DNA from: Escherichia phage LF82-4
DNA length: 64,000 bases
Sequence record: PV660448
Direction: 5' to 3' (one strand)
Shown here: positions 38,143 to 46,375 of the stretch, one piece after another
How the letters are laid out: each line of letters begins with the position of its first letter
Position numbering within the stretch: position 1 is the stretch's first letter
Notes under the pieces: model-generated
The model's input: only the letters and a program-made list of their open reading frames with translations
Databases searched by the model: none
Told to the model about the DNA's origin: nothing
Position numbers and translations under genes: made by a program

Positions 38143-38187
38143 TATTATCCAACGAGAGCATTATACTCTGCTCTCAAGAGTTTGTAA
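38143..38187. repeat. 45-nt exact repeat, copy 2 (promoter cassette)
   Basis: Identical to 8200..8244. Confidence 0.9.
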
Positions 38188-38191
38188 ATTA
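38162..38191 (-). promoter_or_regulatory. early-type promoter inside duplicated 45-nt cassette (copy 2)
   Basis: Minus strand ATTTACA -17- TATAAT; identical core to copy at 8200..8244. Confidence 0.5.
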
Positions 38192-38416
38192 TTTTTTAAT
38201 CAAATTGACATAAAACTTGGCATCTTCGGGGTGCATGCCTTCGCAGTATTCTTCAACCATGAACTTCTTAACAGCTTCATAAGGACCACTCAGATTAAGC
38301 TCAGTTGTCCAGAACTTGGAATCTTGTACTGAATCGATACGAACTTCAGGGTGACGGTTGCGAATAACTTCTTCTGTGTATTCATAATCAACGACATCAA
38401 TACTAACTTTAGCCAT
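38189..38416 (-). CDS. hypothetical protein
   Basis: 75 aa acidic ORF. Confidence 0.4.
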   Translation of the reverse strand: MAKVSIDVVDYEYTEEVIRNRHPEVRIDSVQDSKFWTTELNLSGPYEAVKKFMVEEYCEGMHPEDAKFYVNLIKK

Positions 38417-38645
38417 TTTGTTTTCCTCTTGATTTGATGTGATTACTATAACATAAACTTACTTAGATGTAAACTATTTCAACATCACCTTTAGCTGCTT
38501 TATAACCTTCGGCCCAAGATACAACAGAGTTTTTATCTGAGGATTCAAATTCAGGCATTGGACTTTCACCAATATTCACACAGTATGTTTCTTCATTTTC
38601 ATCGAACCAAATAATTAAAGTAGTCATTTTGTTTACTCCACTGTA

Positions 38646-38666
38646 GTTGATAAGTCTATAGTATCA
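38646..38666. repeat. 21-nt repeat, copy 1
   Basis: GTTGATAAGTCTATAGTATCA identical at 38646..38666 and 39018..39038, both in promoter regions. Confidence 0.85.
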
Positions 38667-38695
38667 CCATCCTTGGTGCTTGTACATCATTATTT

Positions 38696-39001
38696 TTAAT
38701 TTTTCCAACTTAACAACTTGTAGTGTCCTTCATTCGTACGAGGTTTATCCCAATAGATATTAATAAACGATGTCTCACCAATAGAAGTCGGCGGTTTTTT
38801 CTCTACAGTAAGACCTTCGCTTTCTAACCACTCAATGACTTTTGTAGATAAAGCTAAAGAAACATGTAATGGACAACGACAGTATTTTTCACCTTTAGCT
38901 GAAGACTCGTACATCATTTCTAAAATACGTTTTTGCACTTTTTTAAAAATAGTTTCAGCAGATTCTTCAGATTTTTTATTCAGTTCAGTGTAAAGACTCA
39001 T
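38696..39001 (-). CDS. hypothetical protein
   Basis: 101 aa; CRCP motif; GGAG RBS. Confidence 0.45.
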   Translation of the reverse strand: MSLYTELNKKSEESAETIFKKVQKRILEMMYESSAKGEKYCRCPLHVSLALSTKVIEWLESEGLTVEKKPPTSIGETSFINIYWDKPRTNEGHYKLLSWKN

Positions 39002-39017
39002 AATATTCTCCTCTGCG

Positions 39018-39038
39018 GTTGATAAGTCTATAGTATCA
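39018..39038. repeat. 21-nt repeat, copy 2
   Basis: Identical to 38646..38666. Confidence 0.85.
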
Positions 39039-39087
39039 TGTCCTTAGAAGAAGTAAACAACTTTTTAAACTTTTTCTGCCCTAGATA

Positions 39088-39117
39088 CCAAAAAGCCCCA
39101 ACCTTTCGGAAGGGGCT
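39088..39117 (-). terminator. intrinsic terminator (repeated 24-nt hairpin, copy 3)
   Basis: Identical 24-nt hairpin at 3-prime end of tRNA-like RNA region, U tract follows. Confidence 0.6.
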
Positions 39118-39119
39118 AA

Positions 39120-39430
39120 GCCTTGCGGCAACCTTGTCGGGGTTTCCACCTACTAGGTAAGTGTTTGTACGAAACGCCGGGATTCGAACCCGGTTATTAA
39201 GCAGTTGACGCTACTCAATATTTTTAAAAGGCCATATCTCGACCATATCCGAACGTTCCGTCAAAAACGCTACTCGGCTTACGGCAAAGATATTTCCTCG
39301 AATCGATAATTCTGTGCGCCGTTTCTGCTGTGATGTAAGGGGATATTAACGAATCATAAAGATTTATTAAGACCAGTCCTTACTCAGGGAACATCAGTCC
39401 GACGACTTACCGGTAGCGACCCGGCTTCTT
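39120..39430 (-). ncRNA. non-coding, tRNA-like RNA region (possible remnant tRNA or T4 species-1/2-type stable RNA)
   Basis: About 310 nt with no ORF; minus strand contains canonical T-arm CCGGGTTCGAATCCCGG followed by CGTTTCG that pairs with upstream CGGAACG, but the intervening 58 nt do not fold into a standard D/anticodon arm; followed by a hairpin terminator. Confidence 0.3.
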
Positions 39431-39773
39431 ATTTTGGCATATCATCAATTTGCTCTCGACGCCGACGCCATAGATTAATCGCTTCATAAACACATTCAGC
39501 ATTTGGTATATGGCGACAATAGTATAGTGATTCGCGTTTCTGGAACCGATGTTGCAATGGGATTTCGTTTAAAAGGTCTTTACGGTCAAAGTATTCAAAA
39601 CTAGTTAACCCGGAACGGTTTTTAAGAAACTTCCAATGGCCAAATTCATTTTGGAAATAAACGTAATCAGCGTGTTGATATAATGAATTAATCAACCGGT
39701 CGGAAATAACTGTATCCTGTTCGTTAAAATAAAACGTTAAATCATGAACTACCAGATAAATATTGCCTTTCAT
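39429..39773 (-). CDS. hypothetical protein
   Basis: 114 aa ORF between segB-like gene and RNA region. Confidence 0.45.
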   Translation of the reverse strand: MKGNIYLVVHDLTFYFNEQDTVISDRLINSLYQHADYVYFQNEFGHWKFLKNRSGLTSFEYFDRKDLLNEIPLQHRFQKRESLYYCRHIPNAECVYEAINLWRRRREQIDDMPK

Positions 39774-39780
39774 ATTTTCC

Positions 39781-40449
39781 TCACTTAAATTTTAGTTTAT
39801 AGCCTTTAATCCAACCTTCCGGAATAGGATCGGTTTTCTTAATTTTCTTAGATTTCTTTTCTTCTAATGAATGAATCCACATAGTACCAAACTGGGAATT
39901 TTTCTCGCCTTGTTGGTGTTTGTTCCTGGCGTGGGTATCTTTCATTTTAGCAATAGTTTCGGAAGTATGATTTTTATTTAAAAACGACTTAGTGCTAGAG
40001 AATTTTTCTCTGTATTCAGGTAAAGTCCACAGATGCTTTAATTTCTCTGAACCCATTTTACGATATTTTTCTTGAAGCACTTCATCAGAATCAAATCTCT
40101 CTTTAAAAGCTTTGGCTCCTTTAATAGAGGCTTCTTTCTTTTTATAATTAAATTCGTAAGTATTTAAATGGTCCCAACCACCTTCGCCACCAAGTTTTAA
40201 ATTATATACGTCAGAACGATTCAAAAATTCTTCGTTTACGATATTTTTCTCGGCTTCAAACATCTGCTCTTTAGTGTCAAAGAATTCTAAAATTTCTTTA
40301 TTAAAATTTTCTATACCATACTTGTCTTGGGCTCTTTTTAATAATTTACCAGAACCCATATATCCATCATCTAAATTTTCGGTAGAATGAGCGCCTATAT
40401 AGATTTTATTATTAATTTTATTTGTTATTTTATAAGTGTAATGGAACAT
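39781..40449 (-). CDS. segB: GIY-YIG homing endonuclease (SegB-like)
   Basis: N-terminus HYTYKITNKINNKIYIGAHS is a canonical GIY-YIG motif; 222 aa; sits between tRNA genes as T4 segB does. Confidence 0.75.
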   Translation of the reverse strand: MFHYTYKITNKINNKIYIGAHSTENLDDGYMGSGKLLKRAQDKYGIENFNKEILEFFDTKEQMFEAEKNIVNEEFLNRSDVYNLKLGGEGGWDHLNTYEFNYKKKEASIKGAKAFKERFDSDEVLQEKYRKMGSEKLKHLWTLPEYREKFSSTKSFLNKNHTSETIAKMKDTHARNKHQQGEKNSQFGTMWIHSLEEKKSKKIKKTDPIPEGWIKGYKLKFK

Positions 40450-40490
40450 AAATATCTCCTATTTCTAAGAGTATTTATGTTCCCAAAATA

Positions 40491-40562
40491 TGGCCCTGGC
40501 TGGTTTCGATCCAGCTACCTATCAGTTATGAGCTGACAGCTCTCCCATTGAGCTACAGGGCC
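40491..40562 (-). tRNA. tRNA with CAU anticodon (elongator Met or lysidine-modified Ile)
   Basis: Minus strand 72 nt folds as a cloverleaf: acceptor GGCCCTG/CAGGGCC, D stem GCTC/GAGC, anticodon stem GTCAG/CTGAT with loop CTCATAA, T stem GCTGG/CCAGC with loop ATCGAAA, discriminator A; no encoded CCA. Confidence 0.85.
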
Positions 40563-40656
40563 TTAATAACTTTCTATTATGAAAGGCACTTTAGAGCACC
40601 TTTGGTAATAGAGGGTAGATTAATAATAACACATAATTCTTAAAGCAAATTACGTT

Positions 40657-40947
40657 TTACCATACCATATTAATGTAATTATACTCAATACATTCAAGAT
40701 TTAAAGGATTCTTGAAAATATCATATTCAAGAGGACCTTTTTCTGTTTCAATAAAGAAATCAAAGTTCACACTATTAAATTTGCGGTCTTCCCAAAGTAA
40801 TTTAACCTGTGAAGATGAACGGTCGACGTAAACCTTTTCAACTTCAAAGTGGGTCAAAATACCATAGTAATCGACTAGTGCTTTAGCTGCACGTTGATCG
40901 CTTTCATATCCATTCTCAACGGATTTTACCTTAGCATAAAGAATCAT
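40657..40947 (-). CDS. hypothetical protein
   Basis: 96 aa ORF. Confidence 0.45.
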   Translation of the reverse strand: MILYAKVKSVENGYESDQRAAKALVDYYGILTHFEVEKVYVDRSSSQVKLLWEDRKFNSVNFDFFIETEKGPLEYDIFKNPLNLECIEYNYINMVW

Positions 40948-41324
40948 GAATGTTCCACCACTTCAAAGGTGTGAGCATCAACAATATGATACCAGTCAAA
41001 ATTTTCTTCTGCGTTTTTATAAATTTCGCGAAGAGCCTCAACAGTTTTTCCTGTAGCAACAAGGTCGTCAATACCACCAAGAGGATAACAGTCATAACCA
41101 GCAAACAGAAGGAAATTAATAGTTTCTGTAGGTTCTGGATGCAAAACACCATTATCATCTACCACTTCAAAGAAAGTGTAAGAAGGAGTACAAGTTTTAA
41201 TCCAAGCCCATGCTTGAGCTGCTGAATCAAATGGTCTGCGTATCAAACGACAATCAGGGTCTTTAGAAGGATTTGCTTCAAAATCCGCATATACGTGATA
41301 TTTCATTTTACTCACCTTTTGCAA
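40944..41324 (-). CDS. hypothetical protein
   Basis: 126 aa acidic ORF. Confidence 0.45.
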   Translation of the reverse strand: MQKVSKMKYHVYADFEANPSKDPDCRLIRRPFDSAAQAWAWIKTCTPSYTFFEVVDDNGVLHPEPTETINFLLFAGYDCYPLGGIDDLVATGKTVEALREIYKNAEENFDWYHIVDAHTFEVVEHS

Positions 41325-41493
41325 TTTTATCCATAACGATAGCGATTAAGCCGATTAGAAATGCTACTACCAATGAGATAGAATTTTCTGTTGTTGTCAG
41401 TAGTCCACAAATGAATCCTACAAACATCGAAAAACTAAAAGCCATTGAAGCAATTACTACAGCAACATTACGAATCAGTTCAGCGCGTTTCAT
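41308..41493 (-). CDS. hypothetical small membrane protein
   Basis: 61 aa with two hydrophobic helices. Confidence 0.4.
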   Translation of the reverse strand: MKRAELIRNVAVVIASMAFSFSMFVGFICGLLTTTENSISLVVAFLIGLIAIVMDKIAKGE

Positions 41494-41562
41494 TTTATTC
41501 TCCTCAGTAGTTGATAGGGTAATAGTATCACTACCCTATCTAAAAGTAAACGGTTTTATAAA

Positions 41563-41871
41563 CTATTTTATTCCGCGTGATGCAATCGTATTCTGCCGTT
41601 TAACACCAGTTTGTTTAAAGTCATGACTGTCGATTTGATCGGTGCGAGCAACTCCGAATGATGATTTAATCTTAGCTTTAGATCCTTTAGTTATAGAAAT
41701 AAACATCTCGGAAGACCCTTTCTTAAAGTCTGATGCAGATACTTCAACACCGTTCTTAGCAAGTGACCTCAGAATTGCATCCGCGTACTCATCATCAAGA
41801 CTCGCTTGAGTATTAATAACAAATGTCTTTGGTGCAGCCGCTTCATTGATAAATTCTTTATAGGTTTTCAT
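41563..41871 (-). CDS. internal protein-like (capsid-targeting-sequence bearing)
   Basis: N-terminus MKTYKEFINEA; own early promoter-stem-loop upstream. Confidence 0.6.
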   Translation of the reverse strand: MKTYKEFINEAAAPKTFVINTQASLDDEYADAILRSLAKNGVEVSASDFKKGSSEMFISITKGSKAKIKSSFGVARTDQIDSHDFKQTGVKRQNTIASRGIK

Positions 41872-41901
41872 TTTATTTTCCTAATTAATTTTGATAGGAC
41901 T

Positions 41902-41931
41902 ACTATAACATAGTCCTATTAGCATGTAAAC
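41902..41931 (-). promoter_or_regulatory. early sigma70-type promoter with flanking inverted repeat
   Basis: Minus strand GTTTAC -18- TATAGT with TG extended -10; arms ATAGGACT/AGTCCTAT. Confidence 0.5.
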
Positions 41932-41934
41932 TAC

Positions 41935-42222
41935 TTACAGAAGGGTTTTTGCAATAATTTTAAGCTGAGCTACAGAAATATGCTTAGCTTTAAACAGTGC
42001 AGTCTCTTCAGCCGGAGAGATAACAATAGTAGCGCCATCTTTCTTAGCAGACCATCCATCCCCTAAGTAAACAGTACCTTTTACTTCTTCGCCATCAACC
42101 AGACTAATCATTGGTTTACCCTCACGTCCTTTATTTGCTTTAATAACTTCGGAAGTAAGGGTCGCTTCGGTCAGAGTAGAAACGTTAGCATCAGGTGATA
42201 TAAATTCTTTATAGGTTTTCAT
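41935..42222 (-). CDS. internal protein-like (capsid-targeting-sequence bearing, IPI position)
   Basis: N-terminus MKTYKEFISPD...LTEA; 95 aa; located just upstream of 57B/57A as ipI is in T4. Confidence 0.6.
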   Translation of the reverse strand: MKTYKEFISPDANVSTLTEATLTSEVIKANKGREGKPMISLVDGEEVKGTVYLGDGWSAKKDGATIVISPAEETALFKAKHISVAQLKIIAKTLL

Positions 42223-42299
42223 TTTATTTCCTTGAGGTTGTTTATTTTATAGGATGATAGTAACACACCATCATCCTTATGTAAACTGTTTTGTGAAAA

Positions 42300-42985
<686 letters not shown>

Positions 42986-42989
42986 TTTA

Positions 42990-43724
42990 TTACCTTAAGA
43001 TTTTTTCAATTTTAGAATAAAGCTCTTCTAACGAGCCGTCGTTTGTAATAACTAAGTCGCCTTCTTCAATAGGCAACCCAGCTTCTGTAATATGTTTATC
43101 AGTGGATTCCGTACCAGAGCGAACCACATGAATAACTGTAGCACCCATCGCTCTAGCGGTTTCCATTTCATGGACTTGTCGTGTATCGGTCACAACGTAG
43201 TAATCGAAATCACTTCCAATATAATCCATATAGTTTAATGCAAAAAGCTTAACCCAATACATACGGTCAAATAAATTAACGACAACATCCGTACCGAGGG
43301 CTTGCATAAGACGGCGGATCGACCATGTGTCGTTGATATTATTTATAGCTTCACGCAGGGCTTCATATGGTTTAATATCTAGATATGAATATCCACCTTC
43401 TAACGATGATAATACTTTAACATTATTAATTGGTAAATATTGACTTTGCAAATAAATTAGCGCTTCTTCCAATAATTCAATAACATCCAACTTATTGAGA
43501 TTTAATGGTGTTTCACGGTCGTATCCAATGCCTTCAAAGTATTCGTATTTCAACTCTGTGAATACATCAGGATTTTCAGCATGTCTACGTCCCCAGGCTA
43601 TTGCTAGAGCGTCTTTAATTGGATATGCTAATTGGTATTTTACGGATTTAAAGTTTGAATTGATGTAATCAGCAGTAGTGTCTTTACCACTACGTTTGAT
43701 GCCACTTAAAAAGATTAGCTCCAT
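42990..43724 (-). CDS. 1: deoxynucleoside monophosphate kinase gp1
   Basis: MELIFLSGIKRSGKDTTADY P-loop; 244 aa; ...MGATVIHVVR...GLPIEEGDLVITNDGSLEEL matches T4 gp1. Confidence 0.9.
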   Translation of the reverse strand: MELIFLSGIKRSGKDTTADYINSNFKSVKYQLAYPIKDALAIAWGRRHAENPDVFTELKYEYFEGIGYDRETPLNLNKLDVIELLEEALIYLQSQYLPINNVKVLSSLEGGYSYLDIKPYEALREAINNINDTWSIRRLMQALGTDVVVNLFDRMYWVKLFALNYMDYIGSDFDYYVVTDTRQVHEMETARAMGATVIHVVRSGTESTDKHITEAGLPIEEGDLVITNDGSLEELYSKIEKILR

Positions 43725-43777
43725 AGGTTTTCCTCATATAATTTATAAGTGATTATAACATACGGAGCTAGAAGCGA

Positions 43778-44362
43778 TTAACGCAAGGAAGGGTGTCTAG
43801 AAATGGATTTAGATTCGGCTGCTTGACGAGGCTGTTGAGATACAATGACTTCGCCGTCTTTTTCTATCGTCATATACGCGTAGTGAATAGTTGCTACGCA
43901 CGTAACGGCAGGATCAGAATCTTCAGTGTAACTAAATTCAATTTCGCTCAAATCAGAAATCCATGGTTTATAGAAATTTGCCGTCAAAACGACTTCAGTC
44001 TTATTGTTGTTTAAAATGTGCAAAGTAACAAACTCAGGACCATCGGCATGGGCTGTATTATGACCGGTTATATAGTTATTAGTGCTGAGCATCCATTTAT
44101 ACATGTTCATCCAGGACGTCATGTCTTCATCAACTATAAATCGTACAATAAAAGGGTCATATTCAAATGTAGTGCCTGCGCGCATTGCACGTCCTAACCC
44201 CATTGTGCCTGTCACAGTTTCAACAACAGGAATTCTCACACCTGGCAATGGTGCCGTTTGGGCATTGAGCACAAAACCTGAAGTTCGTGTACTATCTGGG
44301 ATATCCACAACAAAGTTTGTTATATTTGTTTGGTTAAAAATCTGTCTCGTTGGACGAGTCAT
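43778..44362 (-). CDS. 3: tail tube terminator / sheath stabiliser gp3
   Basis: 194 aa from ATG 44362 (GAGGTG RBS); position between genes 1 and 2 as in T4. Confidence 0.65.
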   Translation of the reverse strand: MTRPTRQIFNQTNITNFVVDIPDSTRTSGFVLNAQTAPLPGVRIPVVETVTGTMGLGRAMRAGTTFEYDPFIVRFIVDEDMTSWMNMYKWMLSTNNYITGHNTAHADGPEFVTLHILNNNKTEVVLTANFYKPWISDLSEIEFSYTEDSDPAVTCVATIHYAYMTIEKDGEVIVSQQPRQAAESKSISRHPSLR

Positions 44363-44464
44363 AAGCACCTCAAAAACGCTTTAATAAAAATACAGTATAA
44401 TGGTTTTAGGTCTCTTCCATTAATCCGGTTCAACAGAATATCAGAAGAACGGAAGAGAATAGAA

Positions 44465-45286
44465 TTAAGATTTCCAAACAGTATTCGCAGAGAAACGTTT
44501 TCCTTTTGACATAAATTGCTGAGTAGGTAACATGATTATGTTAGCCCAGTCTTTAGGAGCGATTTCTGTTATTGTTCCTCTAATGTGGCCTGGCAGGTAT
44601 GCTTTAATCATTTTGTCAGCACCTTGAAATCCTTTCACCTTGCTCCAGTCTATCTTCAACTTTGTGTTATTAGTAATAGTAGTTGTGCTAGCATATTGCT
44701 TCAGCAATTCTTCAAGAAACTGTTGACGTGCTTTAGGTGGGATATAGTGCAAGTTTAACCCGTACATCAAATTATGTTTACCTAATCCTAAATAAATAAT
44801 CAAAGGATATCGGTCCCAGTATGGCAGAGTATCTTTATGTTTAGCATCATACACGTAAGTATAAATTTTGCCTGGTGTAGGCTTGACTACTTTGTGACCT
44901 TTTACACTTTTCTTAATTGTTTCAACAAACCACTTAGATGATTTGTTGTTTACTGCTGCGCCTTCATTTCTAATCTTTTCTCGTATTGAACTGCGAAACG
45001 AGTTTATCATCAGAAGTTGTCGTTCTTGCTTATTGAGTTTATTTTTAGGTTTGGATTCAAGCGTTTCAATTTTCTGTGCAGTCTTAATAGATGATGCATA
45101 TCTAGACATTGCAGATGTAAACGACGAGTATTTTATTCCTTTTGATTCTGCAAATGCTTTTGCAGTGATTCCTTTCTCTTTAGCTTTCTTGTATTCTAAT
45201 CCTATCTCAATCCATTTTCTTTCATTCATAGACTGAGCAATCTTAGGGGCTTGTACGCCTTCAGATATAATTTGGAATATGCTCAT
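44465..45286 (-). CDS. 2: DNA end protector protein gp2
   Basis: 273 aa basic protein; synteny 3-2-4 and size match T4 gp2. Confidence 0.8.
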   Translation of the reverse strand: MSIFQIISEGVQAPKIAQSMNERKWIEIGLEYKKAKEKGITAKAFAESKGIKYSSFTSAMSRYASSIKTAQKIETLESKPKNKLNKQERQLLMINSFRSSIREKIRNEGAAVNNKSSKWFVETIKKSVKGHKVVKPTPGKIYTYVYDAKHKDTLPYWDRYPLIIYLGLGKHNLMYGLNLHYIPPKARQQFLEELLKQYASTTTITNNTKLKIDWSKVKGFQGADKMIKAYLPGHIRGTITEIAPKDWANIIMLPTQQFMSKGKRFSANTVWKS

Positions 45287-45288
45287 AA

Positions 45289-45738
45289 TTACCCCTTGTA
45301 TCCGAGTTTCCTAAGTCCGTCTTCGGTTAGAACTCGAAATTTTATATTTCTCTTTTCTGCGACAGCAGAAGCAGCTTTCCATTTGTCGCAGTTCACAGAC
45401 CAGGTGTATATTTCATTCATATAACGTTTCTTTGCTGCGGTCGTAAGATTTGCAGGCTTAATAGGTGGTTGAGTTTCTTTCTTTGGTTTTATTTCTACAA
45501 AGAACTCTTGACCTGATGCATCTTTCATCCATATGTCCATATAGTATCGACGTTTCTTACCTTCAGCATTACAAAAATATGGAATTACGGCTGTTTCACT
45601 ACCCCATGCAATAATTTCCGGATTTTTATCCAACCATTCGAAAAAGAATTTTTCCCAGTTTGAACGATACGTTATTTTGGTATGGTCTCCACGGTATTTT
45701 TTTAAATTTTTTGGGACCCATTTACCAGAGTAGGCCAT
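45289..45738 (-). CDS. 4: head completion protein gp4
   Basis: [18 protein letters not shown]...; 149 aa; matches T4 gp4 from memory; late promoter TATAAATA 27 nt upstream. Confidence 0.9.
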   Translation of the reverse strand: MAYSGKWVPKNLKKYRGDHTKITYRSNWEKFFFEWLDKNPEIIAWGSETAVIPYFCNAEGKKRRYYMDIWMKDASGQEFFVEIKPKKETQPPIKPANLTTAAKKRYMNEIYTWSVNCDKWKAASAVAEKRNIKFRVLTEDGLRKLGYKG

Positions 45739-45749
45739 GTTGTCCTCCT

Positions 45750-45757
45750 TATAAATA
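45750..45757 (+). promoter_or_regulatory. late promoter TATAAATA for genes 53 onward
   Basis: Exact T4 late consensus TATAAATA 43 nt upstream of gene 53 start. Confidence 0.6.
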
Positions 45758-45764
45758 GTATTAT

Positions 45765-45772
45765 TATTTATA
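45765..45772 (-). promoter_or_regulatory. late promoter TATAAATA for genes 4-2-3
   Basis: Minus strand TATAAATA 27 nt upstream of gene 4 ATG; divergent from the gene 53 late promoter. Confidence 0.6.
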
Positions 45773-45799
45773 CCAATTTAATATTGGAAGGAGACTATT

Positions 45800-46375
45800 T
45801 TGTTATTTACATTCTTCGACCCAATAGGATATAGTGCTAAAACAGTTGATAAGAATGCACCTACTATTCCTATGACAGACATATTTCGTAACTATAAAGA
45901 GTACTTTAAACGTGTTGCTGCCAATTATAGATTACGTTCTTATTACATTAAAGGCTCTCCACGTCCTGAAGAACTAGCAAACATAATTTATGGCAACCCT
46001 CAATTATACTGGGTCCTTTTGATGTGTAATGATAACTATGATCCGTATTATGGTTGGATTACATCTCAGGAAGCAGCGTATCAAGCGTCTATTCAGAAAT
46101 ATGCAAATGCTGGCGGAGACCAAATTCTTTACCATATTAACGAGAATCGTGAGAAATTTTACAATTTAGTTTCATACCCAGACGAGCCTTTAGTGTGGTA
46201 TGATAAAGGTGATGAAGCTCGTAAGTATCCGCAATATAAAGGACCTTTAGCTGCAGTAGATACTTATGAAGCGGCAATATTAGATAATGAAAAACTTCGT
46301 AAAATAAAAATTGTTGCAAAAGAAGATATAAACTCGTTTATTACTGATTTGATTCGTGAGATGGAGATTGCATAA
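45800..46375 (+). CDS. 53: baseplate wedge protein gp53
   Basis: MLFTFFDPIGYSAKTV...; TTG start 6 nt after GGAAGGAG RBS; late promoter upstream. Confidence 0.85.
   Translation: MLFTFFDPIGYSAKTVDKNAPTIPMTDIFRNYKEYFKRVAANYRLRSYYIKGSPRPEELANIIYGNPQLYWVLLMCNDNYDPYYGWITSQEAAYQASIQKYANAGGDQILYHINENREKFYNLVSYPDEPLVWYDKGDEARKYPQYKGPLAAVDTYEAAILDNEKLRKIKIVAKEDINSFITDLIREMEIA

Noticed and set aside
39161-39260. Second canonical tRNA using the GGTTCGAATCC T-arm
   Set aside because: Acceptor pairing exists, but the 92-nt span cannot be folded into a standard D arm and anticodon arm by hand; kept only as a low-confidence tRNA-like RNA.
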